Part shown: one piece after another, positions 9,544-20,151 of the stretch | How the letters are laid out: the number at the start of each line of letters is the position of its first letter | How positions within the stretch are numbered: position 1 is the stretch's first letter | Source: a virus | Taxonomy: Duplodnaviria; Caudoviricetes | Virus record (IMG/VR): IMGVR_UViG_3300049930_000038 | Coordinates: 1-60,016 of that record | Reading direction: 5' to 3' (one strand) | Length of the DNA stretch: 60,016 nucleotides | Position numbers and translations under genes: made by a program | Notes under the pieces: model-generated | Seen by the model: the letters and a program-made list of their open reading frames with translations, nothing else | Database searches by the model: none | Told to the model about the DNA's origin: nothing

Positions 9544-10841
9544 CCGAGAAACCGAAAGCCGACCGACCCCTGCGCATCGTTGACCTGAAAGTGCAGAACA
9601 TCAAACGTGTTCGCGCCGTGCACATTACGCCGAACGGCGACAGCACCGTGATCCTCGGCGGCAAAAACGGCGCCGGCAAAACGAGCGTGCTCGACGCGAT
9701 CGCGATGGCGCTCGGCGGCGCGCGCGCGATCCCGAGCGACCCGGTGCGGCACGGCGCCAAACGGGGCAGCATCGTTGCGAACCTCGGCGACCTCGTCGTC
9801 GAGCGCGTGATCTCGCCCGACGGGCAGACGACGCTGACGGTGCGCGACGCCGACGGCAACCGGCAGCGCTCGCCGCAAAAGATACTCGACGAGCTGTGCT
9901 CGCGGATCGCGTTCGACCCGCTCGCGTTCATGTCGATGGATCCGGGCAAGCAGAACGAACAGCTGCGGCAGCTGCTCGGGCTCGACTTTACCGAGCTCGA
10001 TGCCGAGCACGAGCGTTGCTATGCGAAACGCACCGACATCAATCGCGACGCCAAGGCCGCCCGCGCGACGAGCGAGTCGGTCGTCGTGCCGCCGAACACG
10101 CCCGCGAAAGCCGTCGTCGTCGCCGACCTGCTCGCCGAGCTCGAACGGGCGAACGCTGCGGCCGAGGTCGTGCGCACACACGAGCGGGCCCTGACGACGC
10201 TGCGCACCGACATCGGGACGCTGACGACCGAGCTCGCCCGCATCGAACAGCAGCTGATGCAGAAACGGATGCAGCTGAAAGCGCTCGAACGGCAGGCCCC
10301 TGCGGCCGCGCCGGACACCGCTGCGATCAGCAAACAGATCGCCGAGGCCGAGGCGACGAACCGCGCCGTGCACGCCCGCGGGCAGCGCGACGCGCTCGAG
10401 CAAAAGGCGAACCTGCTCGACGCCGAGGCCGCCAAGCTGACCGCGCGCCTCGCCGAAATCGAGTCCGAGAAAGCCAAGGCGATCGCCGCCTGCGCGTTCC
10501 CGGTGCCGGGCCTGACCCTCGGCGACAGCGGGCCCATGCTCGACGGCGTGCCGCTCGAGCAGGCATCGCAGGCGCAAAAGCTGCGGGTCAGCGTCGCCCT
10601 CGGCATCGCGATGAACCCGCGCCTGAAAGTGCTGCTCGTGCGCGACGCCTCGCTGCTCGACGAAACGAGCCTCGCCCTCGTCGCCGAGATGGCATCGGCT
10701 GCCGACGCGCAGGTGTGGCTCGAACGGGTCGGCGACGGCGACCCGACCGCAGTCGTCATCGCCGACGGGCAGGTGTCCGGCGGCGACGTCGAGCCGGCGA
10801 ACGACTCGATCCCTGCGCCCGACGCGGCTGCCTCGGCATGA
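9540..10841 (+). CDS. SMC/SbcC-like AAA ATPase with coiled coil
   Basis: GKNGAGKTSVLDAI, long coiled coil, ASQAQ signature, LLVRDASLLD. Confidence 0.88.
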   Translation: MTEKPKADRPLRIVDLKVQNIKRVRAVHITPNGDSTVILGGKNGAGKTSVLDAIAMALGGARAIPSDPVRHGAKRGSIVANLGDLVVERVISPDGQTTLTVRDADGNRQRSPQKILDELCSRIAFDPLAFMSMDPGKQNEQLRQLLGLDFTELDAEHERCYAKRTDINRDAKAARATSESVVVPPNTPAKAVVVADLLAELERANAAAEVVRTHERALTTLRTDIGTLTTELARIEQQLMQKRMQLKALERQAPAAAPDTAAISKQIAEAEATNRAVHARGQRDALEQKANLLDAEAAKLTARLAEIESEKAKAIAACAFPVPGLTLGDSGPMLDGVPLEQASQAQKLRVSVALGIAMNPRLKVLLVRDASLLDETSLALVAEMASAADAQVWLERVGDGDPTAVVIADGQVSGGDVEPANDSIPAPDAAASA

Positions 10842-10845
10842 CCCG

Positions 10846-11199
10846 TCAGCCCGCCTTTCGCACGCTCGCCGGGATCGGGGTCAGCTCGGCCTCGCGCTCG
10901 GCGGCCTCGGCGAGGAACGCCTCGAGCGTCAGCCCTCGCCGCCCGGCTAGCGCCGCATGGTTCGCGCACAGCGGCACGAGCTCGGGCGGGGTGCCGAACG
11001 CGACGAGCCGCAGCACCCGGCTGAACGTGATGCCGCACGAGGGCACCGTGCAGGCGCGCCCCTCGACGTCGGTGCCTCGACACTTCCGGACCCGGCAGCG
11101 GACGCACCTGCTGCCGTTCGGGATCATGACGCCGCAGCCGCCGTCGCACGGTCGAGGCTCGGGCGTCGGTCGCTTGAACTTGGCTTTCCGCAATTGCAT
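10846..11199 (-). CDS. Cys-rich zinc-binding protein, counter-oriented
   Basis: ATG 11199; CxxxC, CxxC, CxxxxC, LCANH motifs; fills gap between plus-strand genes. Confidence 0.65.
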   Translation of the reverse strand: MQLRKAKFKRPTPEPRPCDGGCGVMIPNGSRCVRCRVRKCRGTDVEGRACTVPSCGITFSRVLRLVAFGTPPELVPLCANHAALAGRRGLTLEAFLAEAAEREAELTPIPASVRKAG

Positions 11200-11287
11200 A
11201 AGCGCACGGGTGGCATGGCGCTTTCCGGCCGGGCAAGTTTCGGGCGTAACGTTCGCCCCGGCCCGAGGGCGCAGCAGCGTTTCAGCC

Positions 11288-11307
11288 GTAACGTTCCACG
11301 CGAAACG
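11288..11307. repeat. 20-bp repeat, parS-like, copy 1
   Basis: GTAACGTTCCACGCGAAACG identical to 12105-12124. Confidence 0.75.
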
Positions 11308-11316
11308 GGGTGCCTC

Positions 11317-11523
11317 GTGAAACGCCCGGCGAACTGTCTGTGCCCGGCCTGCGGCGACGAGGGTGTCGTCGCGTCCTATGGCGGCGGGCGCCATTTCGTC
11401 GCCTGCTGCCTGACCTGCAGCGAGCGCCCGTTCGCGCCCTCGGGCGCAGGCGCGACCGAGGTGCAGGCCGTCGACCGCTGGATCCGCGCCGCCGAGCGGG
11501 CCGTGCTACGGGGTGCCGCATGA
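11317..11523 (+). CDS. Lar-like (restriction alleviation) zinc-ribbon protein
   Basis: CPACG...VACCLTC...ATEVQAVDRW pattern. Confidence 0.55.
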   Translation: MKRPANCLCPACGDEGVVASYGGGRHFVACCLTCSERPFAPSGAGATEVQAVDRWIRAAERAVLRGAA

Positions 11524-11804
11524 CGTGCGACGGCGCCGAGCCCGACGTGTGTTGGCACTGTCACGTGTGCCTCGTGCCCGAGCCGGCGCACTGCGATCAG
11601 TGCCCGCCGCCGGGCGAATGCGACCTCGTCGGGTGTACCGAACCGGGCTGCTGCGGCGAGTCGCCGGTGCCCTCGCGCCTCGACCGCTGCCTCGACCTGC
11701 TGCGCAGGGTCATCGACGACGGGAACGACGAGCGGGCCCTGCGCGCCCTCGCGCACGACATCGCCGTCGAGCTTGGCGTGCCCGACCCGCTCGCGCAGAA
11801 TTGA
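11520..11804 (+). CDS. Cys-rich hypothetical protein
   Basis: ATGA coupling; many Cys in the N-terminal half. Confidence 0.65.
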   Translation: MTCDGAEPDVCWHCHVCLVPEPAHCDQCPPPGECDLVGCTEPGCCGESPVPSRLDRCLDLLRRVIDDGNDERALRALAHDIAVELGVPDPLAQN

Positions 11805-11808
11805 CCCC

Positions 11809-11943
11809 GTGCCCGTCGCCGTGTTCGCCGCCCTCGTCGCACTGCTCGCCGTGTTCGCGATCGGGGTGCTCGTCGGCCGCCGGCGCGAGCGACGGCAGAT
11901 CGAGGCCCGCCTGTTCGGCGACGTCAGGGTGCGGGTGCGATGA
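11809..11943 (+). CDS. Small membrane protein (44 aa, not in ORF track)
   Basis: Hand translation MPVAVFAALVALLAVFAIGVLVGRRRERR...; ATGA coupling. Confidence 0.6.
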   Translation: MPVAVFAALVALLAVFAIGVLVGRRRERRQIEARLFGDVRVRVR

Positions 11944-12089
11944 CGCGACCGGCGCGGCGCCTGCTCGACGCGCTCGCCTGCGGCCTCGTCGCCGTGCTCG
12001 GCGCGACGGCGCTCGTCGCGCTCGTCATCGGGGTGGCCTGCTTTTGGGGTGGCATGACCGTCGGGCGGGCGAGGGTGCGACTGCGATGA
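11940..12089 (+). CDS. Small membrane protein (49 aa, not in ORF track)
   Basis: MTRPARRLLDALACGLVAVLGATALVALVIGVACFWGG...; ATGA coupling on both sides. Confidence 0.6.
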   Translation: MTRPARRLLDALACGLVAVLGATALVALVIGVACFWGGMTVGRARVRLR

Positions 12090-12847
12090 CCGCTCGTTTC
12101 ACTGGTAACGTTCCACGCGAAACGCGCGCCTGCCGATGGTGTCGCCGTGGGATCCCGGCGACGGCGCCGTCGTGGCAGCGGTTCTGCGGCAAGCGCTGCA
12201 GGCAGACCGAGTTTCGAGCTCGGCGGGTGTCGCTGATGGAGGGCGCCGACGGGCAGCCTCGGCGCATCGGGTACGCCGACCCGCCTTATCCGGGCATGGC
12301 GTTCCGCTGCTATGGCGATCAGGCGAACTATGCCGGCGAGGTCGATCATGCCGAGCTCGTCGCCCGCCTGCAGGGGTTCGACGGATGGGCGCTGTCGACC
12401 TCGGCGAAAGCGCTGCGCGACGTCCTGCCGCTGTGCCCGCCCGAGGCGAGGGTCGCCGCATGGGTCAAGCCGATCGGGGTCAGCGGCGAAACCCGCGGCC
12501 CGCACAGCACGTGGGAACCCGTGATCTATGTGCCGGCGCGCCTGCAGAAACCCGGTCGCCGCGACTGGATCAGCGCCATGCCCGCCCGCGGCGGCGACTC
12601 GGAACTGCTCGGTCGCAAGCCGCCGGCGTTCTCGCTGTGGCTGTTCGCGCTGCTTGGCACGGCGCCCGGTGACACGTTCGTCGACCTGTTCCCGGGCAGC
12701 GAGGCCGTGACCCGGGCATGGGCCGCAGCGTCGCTGCAGGCCTCGGGCGACGAGGTGTCGCGACGCGTTCTCGGCGACGGGGCGATCGAGTCATTACCCG
12801 CAAAACCAACGGGGCAGCCGCCCCTCGAAAGGACCGACATCCTATGA
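12086..12847 (+). CDS. Amino (m6A/m4C) DNA methyltransferase with N-terminal zinc finger
   Basis: YADPPY catalytic motif before FVDLFPGS SAM motif; N-terminal CxxC...FCxxxC. Confidence 0.8.
   Translation: MTARFTGNVPRETRACRWCRRGIPATAPSWQRFCGKRCRQTEFRARRVSLMEGADGQPRRIGYADPPYPGMAFRCYGDQANYAGEVDHAELVARLQGFDGWALSTSAKALRDVLPLCPPEARVAAWVKPIGVSGETRGPHSTWEPVIYVPARLQKPGRRDWISAMPARGGDSELLGRKPPAFSLWLFALLGTAPGDTFVDLFPGSEAVTRAWAAASLQASGDEVSRRVLGDGAIESLPAKPTGQPPLERTDIL
12105..12124. repeat. 20-bp repeat, parS-like, copy 2
   Basis: Identical to 11288-11307, read as NVPRET in the MTase. Confidence 0.75.
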
Positions 12848-13659
12848 GCTACCGATATCCGATGCAGGCACACACCTCGGAAACCCTACAGGCCGCCGTC
12901 GCGAAAGCGTTCGAGGCCGCGCTGCCCGTTGCCGACGAGCAAGGCGTCGGCCTCGTCGTCGTCGTCATCGACCTCGCCGAGCGCGTGCACTATCAGACGA
13001 ACCTCGGTCCCACGATGACGGCCGGCATGCTGTCGCGCTGCGCCGGGCTGTACGACGCCAAGCCGGCGACCCCGCACGGCGTGCCCGTCGTCCTGCAGCA
13101 GCCGCCCCTCGGCGGCGGCGCGACCGTGGCGACGGGCACCGGCGGCGGCAGCTCGGGCAGCGCGGGCAGCAGCACACACGGCCCGGGCGGCGGCGGCGCG
13201 TACCCGCCCGGCTGCGGACCGGTGTCGCAGGCTGACCGCGACAGCCTATACCGTTCGGGCATCATCCTCGGCGGCGCGGTGTACAGCGTCGTCAGCGACC
13301 CGCCGGGCGCCGGCGGCGCAGGGCGCCCGGGCCCGAGCGGCAGCGAGCTCGACCTCGCCGCGATGAACCGCGGCCGCGCTGCCGTTGGAATGCCGCCGCT
13401 GACGCAGGCGCAGCTCGACGAGCTCGCGTCGCTGCCGTCGCCGAGCGACGCGCCCGAGGCCGTGCCGAGCTATCCCGGCGAGGTGCTCGACGGGTTCCTC
13501 GAATGCAAGGGGTGCGCGCAGCCGTTCCCTGCCGGCGACGCCTATCAGCTGCGGGTCAAGGGCAAGCTGTTCGCGTTCCACCCCGGTCAATTCTGCCCGG
13601 ACTGCGCCACTCGGTACGACCGCGGCGACCTCGACCCTAGTTCCTCGCCGCCGGCTTGA
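12844..13659 (+). CDS. Hypothetical protein with Gly-rich linker and C-terminal zinc ribbon
   Basis: ATGA coupling; CKGC...FCPDC. Confidence 0.7.
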   Translation: MSYRYPMQAHTSETLQAAVAKAFEAALPVADEQGVGLVVVVIDLAERVHYQTNLGPTMTAGMLSRCAGLYDAKPATPHGVPVVLQQPPLGGGATVATGTGGGSSGSAGSSTHGPGGGGAYPPGCGPVSQADRDSLYRSGIILGGAVYSVVSDPPGAGGAGRPGPSGSELDLAAMNRGRAAVGMPPLTQAQLDELASLPSPSDAPEAVPSYPGEVLDGFLECKGCAQPFPAGDAYQLRVKGKLFAFHPGQFCPDCATRYDRGDLDPSSSPPA

Positions 13660-14092
13660 CCGGGCAGGCATCGCGCACGAGCAGCTCGATCCGTCGCACG
13701 TCCTCGCGCCCGGCGTCGATGACGAGCTGCGCAGCCTCGATGCGGCGCAGCTGTTCCTGCTCGCGGAACAGGCGGCGGTCGGCTCGCTCACCCTCGAGCA
13801 CACTCCACAGCGCGAACCCGACAATGATGACGGCGAACACGCCCGCCCATCCGGCGAGCTTGATCGTCGTCGTCGCGCTGCGCACCTGCGCCTTGACGTC
13901 GCCCGCCTCGCGCAGAACGTCGAGCATGTCGCGGCTGCGATTGTCCCATGCGACGAGGATCGGTTTCATCTGCGCGCCGAGCTCGAGCCGCACGGCCTCG
14001 CGGATCCATAGTCGCTGCGCCTCGGTCGGCGGATAATCGATCGTGCCCTCGTCGTCGACTAGCTCGAGGTGCGGGTCGGGTCTGTCTGTCAT
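13637..14092 (-). CDS. Membrane protein of lysis cassette (spanin-like?)
   Basis: One TM segment flanked by coiled coil, last gene of late operon. Confidence 0.6.
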   Translation of the reverse strand: MTDRPDPHLELVDDEGTIDYPPTEAQRLWIREAVRLELGAQMKPILVAWDNRSRDMLDVLREAGDVKAQVRSATTTIKLAGWAGVFAVIIVGFALWSVLEGERADRRLFREQEQLRRIEAAQLVIDAGREDVRRIELLVRDACPVKPAARN

Positions 14093-14319
14093 CGCGGTTT
14101 GCCCTCGAGCGCGTCGCGCCCGGCGCGCGCGTTCCGTCTGATGCGTTCGGCGAGCTCGCCGCCGTCGCGCACGAGACGGCGTGTCTCGCGGCGTGTTTGC
14201 TCGATGGCGAGGTCGAGCTGCTCGCCGACCTCGGCGAATGGTTCCGGCGGCAGGATCGTCGCCCGCGAGGACTGCGGCTCGCGCTGCAGGCGAGCGTGCA
14301 GCCACTGCCACAGTCTCAC
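14089..14319 (-). CDS. Hypothetical protein in lysis cassette
   Basis: GTGA and ATGA coupling on both sides. Confidence 0.6.
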   Translation of the reverse strand: MRLWQWLHARLQREPQSSRATILPPEPFAEVGEQLDLAIEQTRRETRRLVRDGGELAERIRRNARAGRDALEGKPR

Positions 14320-14756
14320 GGGCCACCCCTGCGGCGAGGGTCCGCGACCGTCCGTTCGAGCGCCTGCTGCGCCGCGAGCAGTTTCGTCAGCACGTCGTCC
14401 TGCCCTTTCAGGCGTTCCGCGATCGCGCGCTTGTGTTCGGTGTCCGCCTCGATCAGCTTGACCAGTTTCTCGACGAGCTGATCTTTCGATGCGTTCGCCG
14501 CGCGCCGCTCGGTTCTCTCTTCCTGCCGGTCCGCTTTCTCCGATCGAACCCACAGCAGCAGGACCGCGCCGACCGTCGAGGAACCGATCAGGCTCCAAAG
14601 CGCGTTCAAGGGATCGCCGGTCTGTGACGCGGCTGACGTCGCGTTCGTCGTCGCATGCTGCGCGAGCGCTGCCGCCTGCGTCGCCGCGAACGATATGCAG
14701 GCGCCGCCGAACGCTGCCATCGCGAGCAGCAGCCGGATGCCGCCGCGGGGTTTCAT
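14316..14756 (-). CDS. Putative holin
   Basis: Two hydrophobic segments then charged coiled coil, right after endolysin. Confidence 0.6.
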   Translation of the reverse strand: MKPRGGIRLLLAMAAFGGACISFAATQAAALAQHATTNATSAASQTGDPLNALWSLIGSSTVGAVLLLWVRSEKADRQEERTERRAANASKDQLVEKLVKLIEADTEHKRAIAERLKGQDDVLTKLLAAQQALERTVADPRRRGGP

Positions 14757-15217
14757 CCTCGCCCATATTGCCGCGCGAGCTCGCCGTCGAGCTCGATGTG
14801 CCATGCGTCGATGAACCGCTCGTCGCCGCGTGACTTGCCGTCGCCGTCGAAATCGAGCCCGACCCGGATCGGGATCCGCAGCGCGATCGCTCGCGCGTCG
14901 AATATCCCGATCAGCCGCGCGATGCGCAGGTCGTCTTTCCACGCCGGCGCTTTCAGGTCGACGTCGTACGGGGCGACGTCGACGGCGAGCGAGAACGGCT
15001 TACCCTCGCGCATGACGTTGTGCATGCTGTCGGGCCACTGTTTCGTTGACGCCTTGTCTGCGAATGCTTTCGCTTGCGCGACCTTGTCACGGAACCCGCA
15101 GATCAGGCTGAAATCGAACTTGGCGGGAACGAACCCCGCGACGTCATCGACGAGCACGACGAGCGGCGGCGCGAGCGTCGCCCGCACCGCGAGGCTCGCT
15201 TTCCCGAACGTGATCAC
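14753..15217 (-). CDS. Endolysin, M15-family Zn peptidase
   Basis: CGFR...SMHN...SLAVDVAPY...DAWHIEL. Confidence 0.88.
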   Translation of the reverse strand: MITFGKASLAVRATLAPPLVVLVDDVAGFVPAKFDFSLICGFRDKVAQAKAFADKASTKQWPDSMHNVMREGKPFSLAVDVAPYDVDLKAPAWKDDLRIARLIGIFDARAIALRIPIRVGLDFDGDGKSRGDERFIDAWHIELDGELARQYGRG

Positions 15218-15600
15218 TCGGCAGCCGCCTCGCCTGACGGGTACGGGTCAGCCTCGAGCGAGGCCGAGGACACGTCGGGCACAGCCACGCCGGCGCGCTG
15301 CGCTTGGTTGATCTGCACCGACAGCAGCAGCTCGCGCATCGTGCGCGTGATGTTCTCGACCGCGCACGTCGTCGCGATGATGCGCTGTGCGTCCGCACCC
15401 GAGCGCTCGGCGAGCGCCTGCGCGAGGCCTTGGCAGGCGAGCTGCACGTGCTGATCGACCTGCCGCAGGATCGGCTTGACCTGCGTTCCTGCAGACGGGC
15501 CGCATGCGACGAGCAGCGTCGGCACGGCGAGGCCGACCGTCATGAGGGCAACGCAAACGACGACAGCGAACCGATGAAACAGACTGATGCGATCGGGCAT
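15214..15600 (-). CDS. Lipoprotein of lysis cassette
   Basis: Signal peptide with LLVAC lipobox; GGAGG SD; TGn-TAGTCT just upstream. Confidence 0.7.
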   Translation of the reverse strand: MPDRISLFHRFAVVVCVALMTVGLAVPTLLVACGPSAGTQVKPILRQVDQHVQLACQGLAQALAERSGADAQRIIATTCAVENITRTMRELLLSVQINQAQRAGVAVPDVSSASLEADPYPSGEAAAE

Positions 15601-15637
15601 GGGCACACCTCCACTGCGCAGACTAGCAGGGCGACCG

Positions 15638-15769
15638 TCAGTCGCCCATCACCTCGCCGGCGACCTCGACGCCCTCGACGAGCTCGCCCTCGCATTCCAC
15701 CCCTGCAACGATCGCCGCGTCGACGACGACGCCCTCGAGCAGTGACGCCTCGGCGCTCGCGCCCGTCAC
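15638..15769 (-). CDS. Small acidic Val/Glu/Gly-rich peptide (43 aa, not in ORF track)
   Basis: GTGA coupling; MTGASAEASLLEGVVVDAAIVAGVECEGELVEGVEVAGEVMGD. Confidence 0.55.
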   Translation of the reverse strand: MTGASAEASLLEGVVVDAAIVAGVECEGELVEGVEVAGEVMGD

Positions 15770-16092
15770 ACGCCGTCCCGCAGGATCTCGATCGGACGCC
15801 ATCGCGTCCGCACCGGTTCGTCGACACCCGTCAGCGTGATGTCGGCGCGCACGCGAGCCGTGCCCTCGACGCCCGCAGGGATGTCGTCCTCGTCATGCTC
15901 GCGCGTCAGCGTCGCGCTCGTCGCTGTCGCAGCGCTGACGGTCGCAGGCCACGTCGCAGCGCTGCCGTTCGCGAACCGCACGAGCAGGCGAGCGCTCGCG
16001 ATCGTCGTCAGGTCGAACGCGCCGCCCGTGCTCGTCACGTTGAACACGGTTCGCACCGGCGCCGCGGCGCCCACATAAAGCGATCCTGCCAT
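15766..16092 (-). CDS. Ig-like/BppU-like virion protein
   Basis: Beta-rich 108 aa (FDLTTIASARLLVRFANGS) after the fibres. Confidence 0.65.
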   Translation of the reverse strand: MAGSLYVGAAAPVRTVFNVTSTGGAFDLTTIASARLLVRFANGSAATWPATVSAATATSATLTREHDEDDIPAGVEGTARVRADITLTGVDEPVRTRWRPIEILRDGV

Positions 16093-16291
16093 CAGTGTTT
16101 CACTCGAAAAGGGCGGTCGACCTCGCCGGCAGAGAACCCGTCCCGGCAGGCACGCGCGTGACGGGATCCGAACGCTTTCATCGCTGCGACGTGCCGACAC
16201 ACGGCGTTGCGCTGAAAGCCAGAACAGCGAGGTCGACCGCTTGAACTATAACAGCGCCATCGAGCATCACGTCGAAATCGTGCTCGCGTGA

Positions 16292-17800
<1,509 letters not shown>

Positions 17801-17812
17801 GCATTCACCCGT

Positions 17813-19420
17813 TCAGGCGTAAGCGTCGACAATGATGCACGAGTCGCCGCCGAGGCCGCCGTCGCCGCCGATGCACGTGCGACCGCTGAACGTTCGGATC
17901 CTCGTCGCGCCGCCGCCGCCGCCGCCGCCGCCCGGAAACCCCCCGTTACCACCCGCGCCCGCGATCATTGTCGTAGTGTTCCCGTCGTGCGAGCCGCCGC
18001 CGCCGCCGCCGTCGCCGTTGGTTTCGAACGCGCCGTCGGCGCCGTTGCCTGCAGCCGCAGGTGCGATGCCGTCGAGTGCCGTGCCCGGTCCGCCCGAGCC
18101 GCCGCCGCCGCTCGTCGCAGTGCCCGTCATGCGCCCGCCGCCGTCAGCGCCGTTCGCGCCGCCGCCGACGGTCAGATCCGTCGAGCGACCCGAGCCGCCG
18201 CCGCCGCCGCCATACACGGCGCGCCCGCCCGCGGCGCTGACCTCGGCGCCTGCAACCGAGGACCCGCCCGAGGCGCCGCCATACACGGCGGGCAGCCCGG
18301 GAAATGTGTTGCCCGACGCCGTCGAGGGGTGACCTGCGCCATCGAGATACTGACCGGACACACCCGCGACCGTCGCCGGCACGCCGCCGAGGGCAGCTGT
18401 GCTCACATTGCCGGGCTGCGGCGCGTCGGCGGTTCCGCCGCCCGTGCCGCCATGCTTGCCGGTGTTTCCCACGATGCCACCCGAGCCGCCGCCGGCGGTC
18501 AGGTTCCCAAACGAGGCCGTCGTTCCGTTGCCGCCGCTCGTCGCAGTGACCGTCTGCACGGCGTTGTTCGTCTGCCCGCCGAGGCCTTTCGCTGCGCCGA
18601 GCGGGCAGGTCATCACGATCGGCAGCATCGCGATCAGGTCACGTCGCGAGTAACGCTGCCGCCGGCGAGCGCCGCCGCCGCCGCCCGGGCCCGAGCCGCC
18701 CTCGGTCGTGTTCGCACCCGAGCCGCCGCCGCCCGGGCCGGCGACTTGCACGTCAAAAAAGTTACCCGGCGGGATGTGCGCCGCCGTCGTCCAGGTCGTC
18801 GCCGCCTCGCACGTCACCCCGATGTGCGACGTGTTCAGGCGCGAGCTCGCTGCGTTGACGTACACGTGCCGCGACAGAAACCCGTTGCCGGTGCCGCCCT
18901 CGGGCGTGAACGGCGCGCCTGCAGCCCCGGGCCTGCCGCACTCGGGCGCCCATCCGTCATCCTCGTACTGCGTCGTTTCCGTCGCGATGACCGGACGCCC
19001 GTCGGTGTCGCTGTCGCGGATCACGATCATGCGCTCGTGCACGAGGCGCGGGTCGAACGCGAGGCGCCCGTCGGGCAGCTCGCTCAAGCCGCCGTTGACG
19101 ACGCAGCGAACGATCCATGAATGGTTATCGCTGCCCGGCATGGTGACGCTGACGGTGCCGTCGACCGTGACCGGTGAGACGTTCGGGCCCGAGGTCGAGC
19201 CGACGAGCGTCAGGTTCGGCGAGTCTTTCGCCTTGCGCGGCGGGTTCTGAATCGGGTCGAGATCAGGGTCGAACGCGGTCGCGTCCCACACCTGAAAGCG
19301 CACCGACTGCACGCCGCTGACCGGCAGCGTTTTGAGTCGCAGCGTCAGCACCTGACTCGGCGTCGCGTCGAACCCTTGGTTCGAGCTGTCGGCGTTGATC
19401 GTGAATAGTGCGTCAGCCAT
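17813..19420 (-). CDS. Gly-rich tail fibre/adhesin 1
   Basis: Same architecture, ends GGDSCIIVDAYA. Confidence 0.8.
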   Translation of the reverse strand: MADALFTINADSSNQGFDATPSQVLTLRLKTLPVSGVQSVRFQVWDATAFDPDLDPIQNPPRKAKDSPNLTLVGSTSGPNVSPVTVDGTVSVTMPGSDNHSWIVRCVVNGGLSELPDGRLAFDPRLVHERMIVIRDSDTDGRPVIATETTQYEDDGWAPECGRPGAAGAPFTPEGGTGNGFLSRHVYVNAASSRLNTSHIGVTCEAATTWTTAAHIPPGNFFDVQVAGPGGGGSGANTTEGGSGPGGGGGARRRQRYSRRDLIAMLPIVMTCPLGAAKGLGGQTNNAVQTVTATSGGNGTTASFGNLTAGGGSGGIVGNTGKHGGTGGGTADAPQPGNVSTAALGGVPATVAGVSGQYLDGAGHPSTASGNTFPGLPAVYGGASGGSSVAGAEVSAAGGRAVYGGGGGGSGRSTDLTVGGGANGADGGGRMTGTATSGGGGSGGPGTALDGIAPAAAGNGADGAFETNGDGGGGGGSHDGNTTTMIAGAGGNGGFPGGGGGGGGATRIRTFSGRTCIGGDGGLGGDSCIIVDAYA

Positions 19421-19423
19421 GCA

Positions 19424-19774
19424 TCAGCTTTGCTTTAGCGTCGCGCCGTCGACCTCGATCAGCAGCGATCCGAACCAACGGTTATGATGCGCCTCGGCGA
19501 GGCGCACGAGGTGCGGGCCGCCCTCGCGCGGCAGAAACGAGATCTGCAGCGGGGCAAGGCGCTTGAACACGCGGCGCTGATAGGTGGCCGCGCCGGCCGA
19601 GCTCGACACCGTGAACTCGAGGGGCAGCACGATCCCTGCCGGCAGCGTCAGCGCATAGTCGACGTCGATCAGGCAGGCGCCGAACGCGCGCACCGACTGC
19701 GTCTGCTGACTTAGCGTCAGCCGGATCAGATCCTGCCCGTACGTTACCGGGCTGACCTCGTCGACGACCGCCAT
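19424..19774 (-). CDS. Beta-sandwich virion protein
   Basis: ATG 19774 overlapping upstream stop; FLPREGGPHLVRL. Confidence 0.7.
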   Translation of the reverse strand: MAVVDEVSPVTYGQDLIRLTLSQQTQSVRAFGACLIDVDYALTLPAGIVLPLEFTVSSSAGAATYQRRVFKRLAPLQISFLPREGGPHLVRLAEAHHNRWFGSLLIEVDGATLKQS

Positions 19775-20148
19775 CAGTAAATGTCCACGTGAACGAAAAG
19801 CGACCCGTGCCCCTCGCGCACGAGCCGCAGGGTGTAGTGCCCGGCGACGATCGGGGTGAACCGCTGCACGCTCGACTGACCTGCCGGGCTCGTCAGCGCC
19901 GGCGCCGGGAACACCGGCGCCTCGGCAAAAAACGCCGTGAACAGCTCGCCGCCGAGGGTCGCGTCGAGCGGGGCGAGCACCCCGGCGACCCGGGCAGACA
20001 CCTCGACCTGCACGCCGAGGTCGCCCTCGTGCCGTCGATGCTGATGCTCGGCACGCGGGTTCAGTCGCCCGGGGCGACTGCCGTTCGCGGGGTCGACCCA
20101 TGGGACGACCGCCGCGCCTGCCGTGAACTCTGCCCGAAAGTCAGCCAT
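19774..20148 (-). CDS. Beta-sandwich (PKD-like) virion protein
   Basis: FTPIVAGHYTLRL motif. Confidence 0.7.
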   Translation of the reverse strand: MADFRAEFTAGAAVVPWVDPANGSRPGRLNPRAEHQHRRHEGDLGVQVEVSARVAGVLAPLDATLGGELFTAFFAEAPVFPAPALTSPAGQSSVQRFTPIVAGHYTLRLVREGHGSLFVHVDIY

Positions 20149-20151
20149 GGG

